DNA from: an uncultured Chloroflexia bacterium
GTDB taxonomy: Bacteria > Chloroflexota > Ktedonobacteria > Ktedonobacterales > JADMIN01
Direction of reading: 5' to 3'
DNA: 32,000 bases
Assembly: GCA_963718915.1 (NCBI GenBank)
Contig: CAVRAI010000007.1
Coordinates: 30,001 to 62,000, forward strand
In this document: positions 7,952 through 16,313 of the stretch, in pieces
Layout of the letters: each line of letters starts with the position of its first letter
How positions within the stretch are numbered: position 1 is the first letter of the stretch
The notes under the pieces: model-generated
The model's database searches: none
Told to the model about the DNA's origin: nothing
What the model saw: the letters and a program-made list of their open reading frames with translations, nothing else
Made by a program: the position numbers and the translations under genes

Positions 7952-9712
7952 ATGTATCGCTCTGACACTATCATGACCGTTCTCAGGCAACTCAACGACA
8001 CCTATTTTCTCCCCGCGATCCAGCGGGAGTTCGTCTGGAAACAATCTCAGGTCTACCGGCTCTTCGACTCGATTATGCAGGACTATCCCATTGGCTCGTT
8101 TCTCTTCTGGCAGCTCAACGCCGACAACAGAAACCAGTGGGACGCCTACCAGTTCCTCACCGAATTCGAGCAACTTGGGACGCACAACCCCCTGGCTAAC
8201 CTCGCCGCCGTCCCGAATCCCGTCCTCGTGCTGGATGGTCAGCAGCGCCTGACAGCCCTCTCGCTGGGCTTGAAAGGCCATATGAAAATGTACGTCAAGA
8301 CCAGTCTCCCACATGAGGATCCGACAGCCTGGGAGAATCAATACCTCTCCCTCAACCTTCTCTCCGAGCCATCGAGCGATCCCGATCCGAAGACAGGCGA
8401 CCAGTTCCTCTTTCGGTTTCGCTCCAGAATACGTGCCACCAGCGTGAAAGGCGTCCGCAGACCCTACTGGTTTGAAGTGGCGCGGATCTCCGCCTGCGAC
8501 AGTGAGGATAGACTCTATGAACTGAAGCGGGCCGAGATTGAAGCGGCTGGCAAGCTCCTTGGGAATCTCACACCCGAACAGGCGCAAACTATCGACAGCA
8601 ATCTGGATCGGCTCTACCGCCGCATCTGGCGCGATGAATCCCTGGCCTACCACCTGGTGCGCCTACAGGACGCAAACAAGGTGCTCGAAATCTTTTCGCG
8701 CGCGAATAACGGGGGAACCAGACTCGACAAATCCGATTTGATGCTCGCGATGGTGACGGCGCGATGGGATCCGCTCAACGCGCGTGAAGAGATTTATCAG
8801 TTGGTTGAGCAGATCAACCGAGGGCTACCAGGGAAAAGCCGGATTGATAAAGACTTCATCCTCAAGTGCGCGCTCGTGCTCTGCGACCTGCCCGTCGCGT
8901 ATAGAGTCGAGCATTTCACCCGCGACAACATGCAGCTCATCGCTCGCAAGTGGACGCCCGTCAAACAGGCCATCAATGCGGGCTTCGCCCTCGTGAAGTC
9001 GTTCGGTATCGATGGAAAAAGCCTGACCAGTGTCAACGCCATCATCCCCGCTATCTACTATCTCATGAAGTACCCGGCGCTTCGCGTCGGCGGGACAACA
9101 GCATTTGACACCACAAATGCCCGCGCTATTCGCAAATGGCTCGCGTTCGCGATGCTGGCAAAGGTCTTCGGCAGCCAGACAGACGCCGTCCTGAGCAATG
9201 CGCGCGCCATCATTCAGAACGAGAAATCCAGAGACTTTCCGCTGGCAGCCATCGCCAGTAAGTTGGGCTACGCGCCTGAGCGCCTGAGTGGGGTGATTGT
9301 GAATCGGGCGCTCAAGCTGACCTATGGTCAGCCGTTGACCTTCCTGGCGCTGACGCTGCTCTATGACGAGGTGGGCTGGGGCAATCGCGGCTATTCAATC
9401 GACCACATCTTCCCACAATCGCTCTTCACCACTGCGCGTCTCACGGCGGCGGGCATCCACCCATCGCAGCATAGCCGCTACCGAAATCTCTCACAGTCGT
9501 TGGGCAACCTGCTCCTGCTGATTACCGAGGAAAACATGGAAAAGTCGAATCAGGAGTTCGCCAGGTGGATTGAGACGCGCGTTCCGGGCTTCAAGCAGCG
9601 GCATCACATCCCGGACGACGCGAGCCTGTATACCCTTCAGCGCTTCCCGGAGTTCATCAAGGCGCGTGAGGCGCTGATAACGAAATATCTGACCAGCGTG
9701 TTCGCGTCATAA
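7952..9712 (+). CDS. GmrSD-family type IV restriction endonuclease-like protein (DUF262 N-terminal + DUF1524 His-Me C-terminal)
   Basis: N-terminal motifs LPAIQREFVW and LDGQQRLTAL (DUF262/ParB-like). C-terminal SIDHIFPQS ... GNLLLLITEENMEKSNQEF (DUF1524 HNH-like). G+C is visibly lower than the flanks (hand counts of 45-50 % on sampled 60-nt lines). Confidence 0.85.
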   Translation: MYRSDTIMTVLRQLNDTYFLPAIQREFVWKQSQVYRLFDSIMQDYPIGSFLFWQLNADNRNQWDAYQFLTEFEQLGTHNPLANLAAVPNPVLVLDGQQRLTALSLGLKGHMKMYVKTSLPHEDPTAWENQYLSLNLLSEPSSDPDPKTGDQFLFRFRSRIRATSVKGVRRPYWFEVARISACDSEDRLYELKRAEIEAAGKLLGNLTPEQAQTIDSNLDRLYRRIWRDESLAYHLVRLQDANKVLEIFSRANNGGTRLDKSDLMLAMVTARWDPLNAREEIYQLVEQINRGLPGKSRIDKDFILKCALVLCDLPVAYRVEHFTRDNMQLIARKWTPVKQAINAGFALVKSFGIDGKSLTSVNAIIPAIYYLMKYPALRVGGTTAFDTTNARAIRKWLAFAMLAKVFGSQTDAVLSNARAIIQNEKSRDFPLAAIASKLGYAPERLSGVIVNRALKLTYGQPLTFLALTLLYDEVGWGNRGYSIDHIFPQSLFTTARLTAAGIHPSQHSRYRNLSQSLGNLLLLITEENMEKSNQEFARWIETRVPGFKQRHHIPDDASLYTLQRFPEFIKAREALITKYLTSVFAS

Positions 9713-9884
9713 CATCATGACGCCAGGGTGAGTATGGGTGAACGCGCATAAGCATGCGCCCAGGAAATAGGACTGTGTGACCCCAGCCATAGCGCGTTAT
9801 CGGGCGGTGTGATACACTGCTGACGAGTTCCAGCGGGCGCATCGTTTCAGGATACGCAGTGAGGCGCGACGGCGGCTGCCCGGC

Positions 9885-9913
9885 TTGACACCGCCTGCAC
9901 GGCGCGTTAGAGT
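9885..9913 (+). promoter_or_regulatory. candidate sigma-70 promoter of the PASTA kinase gene
   Basis: TTGACA (9885-9890), a 17-nt spacer, TAGAGT (9908-9913). Implies a leader of about 220 nt. Confidence 0.45.
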
Positions 9914-10137
9914 AGGCATGGCTACAAGAATTGACCATCATTGGCCATTATTCCTCAATGAAGGGCAACTCTGCCTGGCGCGCCATGACTGCTGCTACGA
10001 TACCCATGCTGCTCACGGTGTCCGAGCGCGTCACGGGAAAGACCGTGCGGGGACAGGCGGAGCGCGTCACGGCGGGTGAGGTCCGGACGACAGGGACACA
10101 CGGCGCATAGCGGTACGGCGCCGTGATGAGGAGTACC

Positions 10138-11919
10138 ATGGAACCGAATGAGCTGATCGGTGATCGATACGAATTGGGCGAACCTATCGGTCGCGGCGGT
10201 ATGGCCACCATCCATCGCGCCACCGATACGCGGATGGGCCGTGAGGTGGCCATCAAGATCCTGCGCGAGGTCTATAGCAGCGACCCGAAGTTCGTCACCC
10301 GCTTCCAGCGCGAAGCGCGCGCCGCCTCCGCCTTGCAGCACCCCAATATCGTCCAGGTCTTCGACTATGGCCAGAGCGGCGACGCCTACTACATCGTCAT
10401 GGAACTCATCAATGGCGCCGATCTACGCAAATACCTCAAGCGCGAAGGCGTGCTGACCCCCGACCGCGCCGTCGAAATCGCCCACGATGTGGCCCTCGGG
10501 CTGGGCGCCGCACACCGCCGCAACATCGTCCACCGCGATGTGAAGCCGCAGAATGTCCTCCTCAACGGCGATGGGCTGGTCAAGCTGACCGACTTCGGCA
10601 TTGCCAGTGTCTATAAGGACGTTGACGCCGAACGGCTCACCACCACAGGCATGACGCTAGGCACGGTGCAGTATTATGCGCCGGAGCAGGCGCAGGGCGA
10701 GATTGTGACGCCCGCCGCCGATATCTACGCGCTGGGCATCGTGATGTATGAGATGCTCACCGGCAAGACGCCGTTCGACGGCGATACCCCGGTCGCTGTC
10801 GCGATGCGCCATATTCAGGATATCCCGGAGCCGCCCTCGCGGATCAATCAGATGATTCCCCGCGATCTGGAGCGGATCATCCTGCGCTGCCTGGAGAAGG
10901 ATCCGCGCGACCGCTATCCCAACGGCGATGCGCTGGCCTATGCGCTCGATCAATTCGCGCGCGGGCCGAGCAGGCGCTTTGGCAGCAGTGGCACAGGCCG
11001 TCCGCTGGACCTGCCGGGTATCGATGCCCGCCCGCAGCCGGGGCGTGGGCCGTCGCAGTTTGGCGCGTCGGCGGTCATCAGCAGACCGAACCGGGGTCTT
11101 CCGCCACCGGATGCGATCGCGAACGATGGCTATGACGCGCCCACCTTCGAGGACTACGACGGTGGCATGGGCAATGGGAATGGACTCAGCACCACCCCCT
11201 GGGCCACCGCGCGCGGGACGGTGCCGCGTATTTCAGGCCCCCAGGGTGAGTATGACGAACCCCGCAAGTCCAGAACAGGCCTGATTGCCGCTATGATTGG
11301 CGGACTGGTGCTGTTGCTGGGGGTAGCCTGTGTGTTGGTCTTTGCCCTCATGAATGGCGTCCTGGGCGGCCAGACTTCAACTCCCCCGCTCACAACAACC
11401 GTTCCCAACTTTGTTGGCCAGCAGTATACAGCAGCGCTCTCGCTGGCGCAGACGAACCACCTCCAACTGCAGAAGCAGGTCGTGACGAGCCCTCAACCGG
11501 TGGATCAAGTCATCTCACAGGACATCTCCAGCGGCCAGCGCGTGGCGTACAACAAAACGGTCAATGTCACGGTCAGCGGCGGCAGCGGCAAGGTCACCGT
11601 GCCCGACGTGAGCAATATGACGGTCAAGGATGCCTGTACAGCGCTTGCCGCCTCCACGTTACAGCTTCAGTGTAACATCCAGTCATACCAGTCGGATCCG
11701 ACAATTGTCACTGGCAACGTCATCAAGACCGATCCGCCCAAAGGGTCTTCTGTGAGTCCGGGCGATACGATCAACCTGATCGTCAGCAATGGGCCAGCGC
11801 CGACGCCGACGACACCAGCCGCAGCCCACCGCGACGCCGCAGCCATCGCCTACGGCGACCGCCACGGCAACACCACTGGGGGGCTAATAGCCCGTCTCCG
11901 CTATGATCCTTTTATCTGA
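10138..11919 (+). CDS. pknB: PASTA-domain Ser/Thr protein kinase (PknB/Stk1 family)
   Basis: Kinase motifs GRGGMATIH, AIK, HRDVKPQNVLL, DFGIA, APE. These are followed by a Pro/Gly linker, a TM segment (LIAAMIGGLVLLLGVACVLVFAL) and PASTA-like repeats. Start chosen at ATG 10138, with GAGGAG 4 nt upstream. Confidence 0.9.
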   Translation: MEPNELIGDRYELGEPIGRGGMATIHRATDTRMGREVAIKILREVYSSDPKFVTRFQREARAASALQHPNIVQVFDYGQSGDAYYIVMELINGADLRKYLKREGVLTPDRAVEIAHDVALGLGAAHRRNIVHRDVKPQNVLLNGDGLVKLTDFGIASVYKDVDAERLTTTGMTLGTVQYYAPEQAQGEIVTPAADIYALGIVMYEMLTGKTPFDGDTPVAVAMRHIQDIPEPPSRINQMIPRDLERIILRCLEKDPRDRYPNGDALAYALDQFARGPSRRFGSSGTGRPLDLPGIDARPQPGRGPSQFGASAVISRPNRGLPPPDAIANDGYDAPTFEDYDGGMGNGNGLSTTPWATARGTVPRISGPQGEYDEPRKSRTGLIAAMIGGLVLLLGVACVLVFALMNGVLGGQTSTPPLTTTVPNFVGQQYTAALSLAQTNHLQLQKQVVTSPQPVDQVISQDISSGQRVAYNKTVNVTVSGGSGKVTVPDVSNMTVKDACTALAASTLQLQCNIQSYQSDPTIVTGNVIKTDPPKGSSVSPGDTINLIVSNGPAPTPTTPAAAHRDAAAIAYGDRHGNTTGGLIARLRYDPFI

Positions 11920-11921
11920 AA

Positions 11922-11958
11922 GAGCGCCCCGCGACTCATAGGGGCGCTCCTCTTGTTT
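11922..11958 (+). terminator. intrinsic terminator after pknB
   Basis: GAGCGCCCC, a 10-nt loop, GGGGCGCTC, then CTCTTGTTT. It starts 3 nt after the stop codon. Confidence 0.6.
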
Positions 11959-12391
11959 CCGGATCCATCGTACTGCTTCCGCTTGGGCGCATGTCGCTTG
12001 TGGAGACACTGTGGCCACCAATGGAACAGTGTGCGGGCAGACGCCGACGCATGCCGCAGCCGGATGCGCGTGGCGTAGGGACGTGACCCACGCCGTCGCT
12101 GGGTTGCCGCCCGTTCGCACGCGGCAGGGTGACTATCTGGCGGCTCGTACGCCTGGGACAGCCGCTGCCGCGGATGCTACAATGGTGAGATGGTGTCGGT
12201 GTGGGCCATGCGGCAGCCCTACACGGCTCTCCGTCAGGCATAGCCAACGCGCCTCACACCGCACTCCAACTGACCGGCTGTACAGCGGGCGATGTTGTAG
12301 GTTACTTTTGTGCGGCCAGCCGTGACGGTCTGTCATGTATTTTTCAGCCTGCCGCAGGCCGCTGGCCGCTGGGCAGATGCGAGCGGAAGGG

Positions 12392-12916
12392 ATGCTGGGT
12401 GTGATTCTCCCGAAAGACCGCGACCCTCGTTTCGTGACGATCCGCCGCGGTGGGACCCTCACCGATTCGGATCACCAGCTCCTCGCCCTGTGGGCGGCAT
12501 TGTGCGCGGAGCACGTCCTTGACCTCTTCGAGTCGGCTCGGCCTCAGGATCCGCGACCGCGTCAGGCGATTGAGCAGGCCCGCGCCTGGGTGCGTGGCGA
12601 GATCACGATGTCCCAGGCTCGCGCGGCGGGTGGTCATGCAATGGGCGCGGCCAGAGACCTGCGTGGGGCAGCGCGGTATGCCGCGTACGCTGCTGGCCAG
12701 GCCGGTGTCGTCGCACATGTCGCCGCGCACGAGCTTGGCGCCGCCGCCTATGCGATCAAGGCCGCACGCGCCACCGCACCGGAAGGAGAGGGCGAGGCCG
12801 CGGGGCGACTCGAGTGCAGGTGGCAGCGCGACCAGCTCCCGGAGGCGATTCGCGAGCTAGTACTCGACGACGAGCGGTTGCGGAACGATATCTGCTGGTC
12901 GGTGTTAGACGGCTGA
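12392..12916 (+). CDS. small Ala-rich alpha-helical protein, Imm-5-like putative immunity-protein family (recognised from memory, not verified)
   Basis: MLGVILPKDRDPRFVTIRRGGTLTDSDHQLLALWAALCAEHVL...ARAWVRGEITMSQARAAG...AAHELGAAAYAIKAA. The start is uncertain (12335, 12377 or 12392); 12392 was chosen to match the family N-terminus as I remember it. Confidence 0.6.
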   Translation: MLGVILPKDRDPRFVTIRRGGTLTDSDHQLLALWAALCAEHVLDLFESARPQDPRPRQAIEQARAWVRGEITMSQARAAGGHAMGAARDLRGAARYAAYAAGQAGVVAHVAAHELGAAAYAIKAARATAPEGEGEAAGRLECRWQRDQLPEAIRELVLDDERLRNDICWSVLDG

Positions 12917-12944
12917 GAGCGCGTCGGGGCGCCAGCCGTCTAAC
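12904..12944 (+). terminator. strong hairpin overlapping the stop codon (possible terminator/attenuator, no T-run)
   Basis: Perfect 12-bp stem GTTAGACGGCTG / CAGCCGTCTAAC with a 17-nt loop. The TGA stop (12914-12916) lies in the 5' arm. Confidence 0.3.
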
Positions 12945-13072
12945 AACATCTAATAGGCTATACTGGCGGCGCGGATTTCCGCTTGTGGCGCTCCGGGCCG
13001 GATAATCAGGATGAGGGTATACTTTGCAAAGCCGCTCGAATTGAACCAGACTGTGAGAATGTGAGAAACACG

Positions 13073-14416
13073 ATGCAGGCGCTGTTTGTGCATACCGCTG
13101 ATAATCATCTGGGCTACGAGCAATATGGAGTGAAGGAGCGCTTCAACGACTTTTCCCGCGCTTTCTGGGCCATCGTGGATGACGCCATCGCCCGCAAGGC
13201 CGACCTCTTCGTCATCGCGGGCGATCTCTTCAATAAACGGGCGATTGACGCGCGCACGCTGATGCACGCGCAGGAGGGGCTGGCGCGGCTGCGCGACGCG
13301 GGCATCCCCTGTGTGGCTATCGAGGGCAACCACGACCGCAGCTACTATCGTGACGGCTTCTCCTGGCTGGAGTTTCTCTGCTGGCAGAACCAGTTGATCC
13401 TGCTGAACCCCTACGTCCGCGATGGCGCGCCGGAGTTGAAGCCCTGGAATCAGGAGGAGATGCGCGGCGCGTATATCGACCTGAAGGGCGGCAAGCTGCG
13501 CGTCTACGGCCTGCCCTGGTATGGCGCGAGCACGGCGCGGGTGATGAAAAGCCTGGCCGAGCAACTGGCGGCCACGCGCGAGGCGGAGAATGCCGCGGGC
13601 GTCGAGTACCGGCTGTTGCTGCTGCATACCGGCGTCGAGGGTATGCTGCCGACGTTGCACGGCCTGCCCCAGCGCAGTGACTTCGAGCCGCTACGCGGGC
13701 TGGTAGATTACATTGCCCTTGGCCACGTCCACAAGCCGTACGAGATCGATCAGTGGCTCTACAATCCCGGCTCAACGGAAACCTGGGGTGCGGAAGAAAG
13801 CGCCTGGGAACGTGGCTACTATGTCGTGCGAATCGATACTGATACGCCCGACGGCGAGCCGCCCCACATCGCCGAGCACGTCGTCAATCCACGCCGTCCG
13901 TTTCTGCGGCTGCCGTTCAACGTCGAAGGGCTTCGCGACCCCGCCGCGCTCTACGAGGCGTTCGAGCGCTACTGTCGGAGCAAGGTGCGCGAGTACGCTG
14001 TCCCCGAGCAGCCAGCGCCGGGACTGGAGCCGGTGGTGGATGTCTCGCTCACGGGGGTGTTGAGCTTCGACGCCAGCGCGCTCGACCGCACCCAGTTGGA
14101 GGAGACGGCGCAGCGGATGTTTCACCCGCTGGTGGTGCGCATCCACGACGGCACGCGAGACAGCGAATGGGAGATGGACGACGAGAACGGGCTGGATAGC
14201 AGCGACCGTTCCACCTGGCTCCAGCTTGAGACGCATATCTTCGAGGAACTGTTGCAGCGTGACGCGCGTTTTCAGCAACGCGCGAGCGAGTGGGCGCGGC
14301 TGGTGGCCTCGCTCAAACAGATGGCGCTTGGCGGCGAGTCGGCGGAACAGGTCATCCAGAAACTCCGTGACGAGCGCGCGCGACTGCTGAATACTCCATC
14401 CCCACAGAATGGCTGA
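13073..14416 (+). CDS. Mre11/SbcD-like metallophosphoesterase DNA exonuclease
   Basis: All five phosphoesterase motifs are present: HTADNHLG, IAGDLFN, IEGNHD, LLLHTG, LGHVH. A C-terminal helical tail follows. Start taken at ATG 13073 (MQALFVHTADNHLG), not track start 12983. Confidence 0.85.
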   Translation: MQALFVHTADNHLGYEQYGVKERFNDFSRAFWAIVDDAIARKADLFVIAGDLFNKRAIDARTLMHAQEGLARLRDAGIPCVAIEGNHDRSYYRDGFSWLEFLCWQNQLILLNPYVRDGAPELKPWNQEEMRGAYIDLKGGKLRVYGLPWYGASTARVMKSLAEQLAATREAENAAGVEYRLLLLHTGVEGMLPTLHGLPQRSDFEPLRGLVDYIALGHVHKPYEIDQWLYNPGSTETWGAEESAWERGYYVVRIDTDTPDGEPPHIAEHVVNPRRPFLRLPFNVEGLRDPAALYEAFERYCRSKVREYAVPEQPAPGLEPVVDVSLTGVLSFDASALDRTQLEETAQRMFHPLVVRIHDGTRDSEWEMDDENGLDSSDRSTWLQLETHIFEELLQRDARFQQRASEWARLVASLKQMALGGESAEQVIQKLRDERARLLNTPSPQNG

Positions 14417-14443
14417 CGCTTCCTTGGCGACGCGCACGGGCCG

Positions 14444-14472
14444 TTGACTACGCAGGCGGATTCATCTATACT
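14444..14472 (+). promoter_or_regulatory. near-consensus sigma-70 promoter upstream of the TPR gene
   Basis: TTGACT (14444-14449), a 17-nt spacer, TATACT (14467-14472). It is followed by RBS GGAAGGA and ATG 14550. Confidence 0.55.
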
Positions 14473-14658
14473 GGCGCCGACAACACGCCGGTACTGTTTA
14501 TTGCGTAGAGCGGCGGCAAATGTGCGTACTCCCATGGAAGGATAGCCAGATGGTTAACAACGTTTCGAGTAACCTCATCGGCAAGCTGTTCGATGCCGCG
14601 CGTGAGCGCCTGATGAAGACGCAGCGAGGTCGATGGGTTCTGGGCATCCTGTTCCTGC

Positions 14659-15732
14659 GTGATGGCCCTGGTCTGTCTTGTCCTGGCCCTGGCAGGAAAC
14701 GACACCGCGCAGGATATTGGCTTTGGCATCGGCGCCGCGTTCTTCTTTGTGCTGGCGCTGATGGTGCTGGTGGGGAACATCTTCATCGGCCGCAGCCAGC
14801 GACGCCTGCGCGCCGCCGCCGCCGAGGGTGAGGCGCGCGCCAAGCAGTTGCTCGCAGAGGGCAAGTTGCTGCCGATCCCGCCGCTGCCGAAGAATCCACC
14901 GCAGGGCGCCAGCGAGGACGACCTCGCGCGGGTTGCGACATACGTCAGCCAACTGCGCGAGATTCCCTGGGGCGACCATGTGGAATACCCGGATGAGCGC
15001 GTGCGCGCCACCTTCGATGTGGCGATGTCGGAGGTGATGGCGACATCGGGGGATTGGTCGAAGCTACGCGGCCCGATTCGTGTCTTTGCTGGCCTGCCGA
15101 CGCCGCTGTGCTACGCTGGCGCCGCCGAGGTGATGTTCCGGCTCGCATATCTGAGCGGCACAACCTTCGCGCCAGTGGGGTTACAGCAGGGTCTGCGCTT
15201 CGCCTTTCGCGCGCAGTTTCACACACCATTCCAGCCAGATGCGCTCGTCACGCAACTCAAGCTGCTTGTCGCCTGCCGCGCGCCCTACTGGCAGGAGCTG
15301 GCCACGAAGACGCTTGGGATGATCCAGCAGGTTGCCCCAGATCATCCGCGTTTGCCGCAGGCCGAGGTGTTCTATCACCGCGTGCGGGGAGAATATGAGG
15401 AGGCGGTGGCCTGCTCCGACCGCGCGCTGGCGTCTGCCACGACTCCGGCGGAGAAGGCCTCGATCCTCTCCAGTAAGGCGCTGCTTTTGATGAGCCTGAA
15501 GCGCAACGATGATGCGGTCGCGACGTTCCAGGCGGCGTGCGCGCTCAACCCCAACGACCCCTGGATCTGGCACAACATGACAATTCCGCTGGTCGCGCTT
15601 GGTCGCTATCAGGAGGCATTGCAGTGCAGCGAGCGGGCGCTTTCGATCATGGATTTCAGCGTCGCCCGGACGCAGCGCGAGAAGATACTGCGAAAACTGG
15701 CCGAGCAAAGAGGCGACGCGCCCCAGGCATGA
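14659..15732 (+). CDS. membrane-anchored TPR-repeat protein (5' part probably lies in another frame from ATG 14550)
   Basis: Two N-terminal TM segments, then TPR-like repeats at the C-terminus (AVATFQAACALNPNDPWIWHNMTIPLVALGRYQEALQCSERAL). The track start is GTG 14659. A well-signalled ATG at 14550 is in the +1 frame. Confidence 0.7.
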   Translation: MMALVCLVLALAGNDTAQDIGFGIGAAFFFVLALMVLVGNIFIGRSQRRLRAAAAEGEARAKQLLAEGKLLPIPPLPKNPPQGASEDDLARVATYVSQLREIPWGDHVEYPDERVRATFDVAMSEVMATSGDWSKLRGPIRVFAGLPTPLCYAGAAEVMFRLAYLSGTTFAPVGLQQGLRFAFRAQFHTPFQPDALVTQLKLLVACRAPYWQELATKTLGMIQQVAPDHPRLPQAEVFYHRVRGEYEEAVACSDRALASATTPAEKASILSSKALLLMSLKRNDDAVATFQAACALNPNDPWIWHNMTIPLVALGRYQEALQCSERALSIMDFSVARTQREKILRKLAEQRGDAPQA

Positions 15733-15773
15733 GTCTCAGATTTCGGAAATGAGGAGATGATGAGGATGGCGCG

Positions 15774-16313
15774 ATGCTGAGTACGATTCGGCTGATTATT
15801 GGCACGCGGTGGACGCGCTTCGTGGTTGCCGCAGTGGCGCTGTTCTGCGCGGTGGGTGTCACGGCCAGCGCCGTTGGGACGAGCGCGATCAAGGTGAAGA
15901 CCGGGACTATCGAACATCTCAGCACAACTACGAGTGACTCTGGAGACTACAAATACGATACGATCCAACTGGCTGGCGATAGCGCCTCGTACCAAATCAA
16001 CCGCACCGAGTTCACGCCAGATCTCAATGCTGACCAGTTCGCTATTGGCGAGCCGGTGACAATTTGGTACAACCAGTCGCCGCTCAATGATCCGTCTATC
16101 GTCGCGATTCAGATGCCCGGCGCCAGTGGCGTACAGTTGACCAAATATGTGACCGATTTCTATACGCATCCCGACCAGAGCCGTACGTCGAATCTGATTC
16201 TGGCCGCGGTTTTCGTGCTTGTCGCGCTCGCCGCCATCGCCGCAGGCATCTTCCTCCCAGCCGCGTCCAAACCCCGCAAGCGGGCAGTGAACTCTAATCC
16301 CTGGTATCCGTAA
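15774..16313 (+). CDS. two-TM membrane protein with an extracytoplasmic beta-rich domain (hypothetical)
   Basis: N-terminal TM (FVVAAVALFCAVGVTASAV) and C-terminal TM (LILAAVFVLVALAAIAAGIFL). RBS GAGGA lies 7 nt before the ATG. Confidence 0.65.
   Translation: MLSTIRLIIGTRWTRFVVAAVALFCAVGVTASAVGTSAIKVKTGTIEHLSTTTSDSGDYKYDTIQLAGDSASYQINRTEFTPDLNADQFAIGEPVTIWYNQSPLNDPSIVAIQMPGASGVQLTKYVTDFYTHPDQSRTSNLILAAVFVLVALAAIAAGIFLPAASKPRKRAVNSNPWYP

Noticed and set aside
11960-12391. A possible small RNA in the 430-bp ORF-free stretch: a GGGACA-17-TACAAT promoter-like site at 12155-12183 and a T-run at 12343-12348.
   Set aside because: The -35 is weak, no convincing terminator stem precedes the T-run, and I recognise no structure. 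It may simply be the leader of the Imm-5-like gene.
16294-16313. 20-bp convergent overlap of the 3' ends of the 2-TM gene and the kinase-like gene.
   Set aside because: Small convergent overlaps are common in compact genomes. No hairpin or antisense-regulation feature is evident.
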